Assembly: GCF_001194135.2 (NCBI RefSeq)
Contig: NC_068993.1
Span: 7,758,702-7,815,672 of the forward strand
DNA: 56,971 nt
Reading direction: 5' to 3'
From: Octopus bimaculoides
Lineage: Eukaryota
A model generated the notes under the pieces. That model ran no database searches. It was not told where the DNA came from and saw only the letters and a list, made by a program, of their open reading frames with translations. Of the stretch, positions 53,041 to 56,971 are shown one piece after another. The position numbers and the translations under genes are program-made. Position 1 is the first letter of the stretch. Every line of letters begins with the position of its first letter.

Positions 53041-54604
53041 NNNNNNNNNNNNNNNNNNNNNNNNNNNNNNNNNNNNNNNNNNNNNNNNNNNNNNNNNNNN
53101 NNNNNNNNNNNNNNNNNNNNNNNNNNNNNNNNNNNNNNNNNNNNNNNNNNNNNNNNNNNNNNNNNNNNNNNNNNNNNNNNNNNNNNNNNNNNNNNNNNNN
53201 NNNNNNNNNNNNNNNNNNNNNNNNNNNNNNNNNNNNNNNNNNNNNNNNNNNNNNNNNNNNNNNNNNNNNNNNNNNNNNNNNNNNNNNNNNNNNNNNNNNN
53301 NNNNNNNNNNNNNNNNNNNNNNNNNNNNNNNNNNNNNNNNNNNNNNNNNNNNNNNNNNNNNNNNNNNNNNNNNNNNNNNNNNNNNNNNNNNNNNNNNNNN
53401 NNNNNNNNNNNNNNNNNNNNNNNNNNNNNNNNNNNNNNNNNNNNNNNNNNNNNNNNNNNNNNNNNNNNNNNNNNNNNNNNNNNNNNNNNNNNNNNNNNNN
53501 NNNNNNNNNNNNNNNNNNNNNNNNNNNNNNNNNNNNNNNNNNNNNNNNNNNNNNNNNATATATATATATATATATAAATATATATATATTTATATATATA
53601 TACATACATATACATATATTATATGCACGTATGTAAGTATATATATATATATATACACACACACTTATATATATATATATATATATTTATATACATACAT
53701 ACATATTCATATAATATATGCACGTATGTAAGCGTGAATTCGTTTATGTATTTAGTTGTCATCGTTGTCTCTATATTTAAATCAATTTTTATTCATGAAA
53801 GTGTTTTAGTGTCAGTATACATCTCGGCATTATGGTAATAAGGAAATATTAAAAAAATAATATCCCGCTTATTCAAAGAAAGTATTTAACGTCTTTAAAC
53901 GAACGCACACAGCGCCGCACAAAGACAGTAAAAGCAATATATATACATACATATATATATATATATATTCATAGACATACATGTATGAAAATAAATGAAT
54001 ATATGTATCAATATACGTATAATTAAACCAACACAAACAAAACACTCGAAAANNNNNNNNNNNNNNNNNNNNNNNNNNNNNNNNNNNNNNNNNNNNNNNN
54101 NNNNNNNNNNNNNNNNNNNNNNNNNNNNNNNNNNNNNNNNNNNNNNNNNNNNNNNNNNNNNNNNNNNNNNNNNNNNNNNNNNNNNNNNNNNNNNNNNNNN
54201 NNNNNNNNNNNNNNNNNNNNNNNNNNNNNNNNNNNNNNNNNNNNNNNNNNNNNNNNNNNNNNNNNNNNNNNNNNNNNNNNNNNNNNNNNNNNNNNNNNNN
54301 NNNNNNNNNNNNNNNNNNNNNNNNNNNNNNNNNNNNNNNNNNNNNNNNNNNNNNNNNNNNNNNNNNNNNNNNNNNNNNNNNNNNNNNNNNNNNNNNNNNN
54401 NNNNNNNNNNNNNNNNNNNNNNNNNNNNNNNNNNNNNNNNNNNNNNNNNNNNNNNNNNNNNNNNNNNNNNNNNNNNNNNNNNNNNNNNNNNNNNNNNNNN
54501 NNNNNNNNNNNNNNNNNNNNNNNNNNNNNNNNNNNNNNNNNNNNNNNNNNNNNNNNNNNNNNNNNNNNNNNNNNNNNNNNNNNNNNNNNNNNNNNNNNNN
54601 NNNA

Positions 54605-54925
54605 CTATATATGCGTATTGTATTTTTGGGTGTTCTTGCGCGGCTGCAGAAAACTTTACGAATGTACGTATATATTTATATATGCATATATATGCGTGTA
54701 TGTGTCTATACATATAAGAATATATATATACATACATATATATATATATATATGTTTATATAATTACACACTTATACAACTATATATGCGTATTGTATTT
54801 TTGGGTGTTCTTGCGCGGCTGCAGAAAACTTTACGAATGTACGTATATATTTATATATGCATATATATGCGTGTATGTGTCTATACATATAAGAATATAT
54901 ATATACATACATATATATATATATA
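54605..54925. repeat. Tandem duplication of an about 177-bp unit
   Basis: TATATGCGTATTGTATTTTTGGGTGTTCTTGCGCGGCTGCAGAAAACTTTACGAATG occurs at about 54608 and about 54784. Confidence 0.85.
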
Positions 54926-55448
54926 TATTCATAGACATACATGTATGAAAATAAATGAATATATGTATCAATATACGTATAATTAAACCAACACAAACAA
55001 AACACTCGAAAACCTCATACATATAGACGAATGCATACAAATTCTTCCAACGCAGTTAAAGATTCCCATTACTGTTTCACTTTCGGACACACTCAAACCC
55101 GCATACACACACTGACACACAGACACATACCCCATCACACCCACACCCTACTTTCACAGCCTCCTATATTTTCTTATCTAAATAAAGAATTCTTCTATTT
55201 TCTAATTCCCTTCAAGACAGAGTACAATATAAACAGAAATTGATTACAGGGCAGCTTTAAGATAAATTGCAATGCTGTTAAATTGGAATCATTATAGCTT
55301 GCTGTTATCTTAAATTCTTCAATATCGGTTTGAAAAATTACTCGATTTTTGGGACTTTTTGAAATATAATTTTTGTAATATTACTTTGCAAGATAATATT
55401 TCTCTCTCTCTCTCTCTGTCTCTGTCTCTCTCTCTCTCTCTCTCTCCT

Positions 55449-55485
<37 letters not shown>

Positions 55486-55486
55486 A

Positions 55487-55527
<41 letters not shown>

Positions 55528-56256
55528 CTCACTCTCGATGTCTGTTCTTATTTAATGTCGGCCATAATTGATTTCATACTGTTTCAAACACATTCACACG
55601 CGCACTAACAGCCACATACAATCCCCACATACACATATCTACACACACATATAATATACATACATATATATATGTATATATATACAGAGAGAGAGATAGA
55701 GAGAGAAACAAAGAGAGAAGGATATAAATATACTCGCAGACATCTTCATATAAACGCACAAGCCATTGTCCTGTATACTGATAAACTGACATATATGTAA
55801 ATATATATGCATACACACACACACACACACACATATATATGTATGTATGTATGTATATATATATATATATATATGTGTGTGTATGTATATAGATGAATAT
55901 ATATNNNNNNNNNNNNNNNNNNNNNNNNNNNNNNNNNNNNNNNNNNNNNNNNNNNNNNNNNNNNNNNNNNNNNNNNNNNNNNNNNNNNNNNNNNNNNNNN
56001 NNNNNNNNNNNNNNNNNNNNNNNNNNNNNNNNNNNNNNNNNNNNNNNNNNNNNNNNNNNNNNNNNNNNNNNNNNNNNNNNNNNNNNNNNNNNNNNNNNNN
56101 NNNNNNNNNNNNNNNNNNNNNNNNNNNNNNNNNNNNNNNNNNNNNNNNNNNNNNNNNNNNNNNNNNNNNNNNNNNNNNNNNNNNNNNNNNNNNNNNNNNN
56201 NNNNNNNNNNNNNNNNNNNNNNNNNNNNNNNNNNNNNNNNNNNNNNNNNNNNNNNN

Positions 56257-56297
<41 letters not shown>

Positions 56298-56971
56298 CAT
56301 ATATATATATGTATATACATATATATAAATATATATTTACTTACATCCACGCTTATACACACACGCATATATAAGTTTGTAGATATATATATACATACAT
56401 TCATGTATATGTATGAATGTACGGTGTGTAAACTCATTAGATCAAGTAATCGCATTTGAGGGAAACGAACTCAATACATGCACGTTAAGAGGTAATGAGT
56501 GATATTTAATTTGTTTCATTTAAGTGAACCTTAAAATATTTATGCAATATTTAGATTATTATATTAACAATTCTTTTATAAATAAAAAGACATTTATTCG
56601 AGAAATTCTGCTATGGAACGAAAAACTGTTGTAAGGAAATAGATTAACTTTGATGTTTCGGTATGAGTCTGTTAGCCGTTGCCCCTCTGTTTGTATTCCT
56701 CCACATCTCCGCCACCTGATGGTCGTTGTTTAAGTTTTTTTTGTTTTTTTTAAATAAGTTCCACTGCTCTTTACTCCTTTATATTTGAAGTGATCTTAGA
56801 GTACATTGCAAATAAGTATTTTCATTTTTAGATTTGTTTTGGCTTTAAGTTCTGTCTATTATTATACCAAATGCCCTTTATACGACAGCATCCAGTATAT
56901 TTCGTAACTCACTTCGTCATTGTATATCACAATTATATATCTGAGTGCGTGTGCATATATATATATATATA

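Larger units (their letters stand above)
1..56971. repeat. Pervasive microsatellites and low-complexity tracts: (AT)n, (AC)n, (AG)n, (GATA)n, (ATAC)n, (AAT)n, (ATC)n, (TAG)n
   Basis: They are directly visible, e.g. 6686-6770, 7852-7915, 19142-19214, 29121-29190 and 46192-46262. They explain almost all ORFs in the track. Confidence 0.95.

Noticed and set aside
7073-56459. Long ORFs in the six-frame track (150-400 aa)
   Set aside because: They are made of N-runs and dinucleotide or trinucleotide repeats (YIYI, THTH, LSLS, poly-N/L/I) and have no real coding signature.

Overview
This is repeat-rich, AT-rich eukaryotic genomic DNA with about 19 assembly gaps, most of them flanked by (AT)n/(GT)n microsatellites. 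The repeat families and microsatellite density resemble an octopus (coleoid cephalopod) draft assembly; that assignment is from recall, not a database search. I found no intact protein-coding gene, and nearly all ORFs in the supplied track are microsatellite or N-run artefacts. The window contains many tRNA-headed SINEs (at least 6 families, labelled A-F here), decayed LINE pieces (R4/Dong-like, RTE-like with C2H2 fingers, an AP-endonuclease remnant), two Tc1/mariner remnants, and pogo-like and piggyBac-like MITEs. It is probably intronic or intergenic. The main finding is a tRNA-Arg(ACG)-like, Pol III-type SINE on the minus strand (26504-26725). It carries a near-canonical minimal type I hammerhead ribozyme of the Penelope type with a palindromic AACGUU stem III, and a second, decayed copy lies at about 41.4-41.7 kb.
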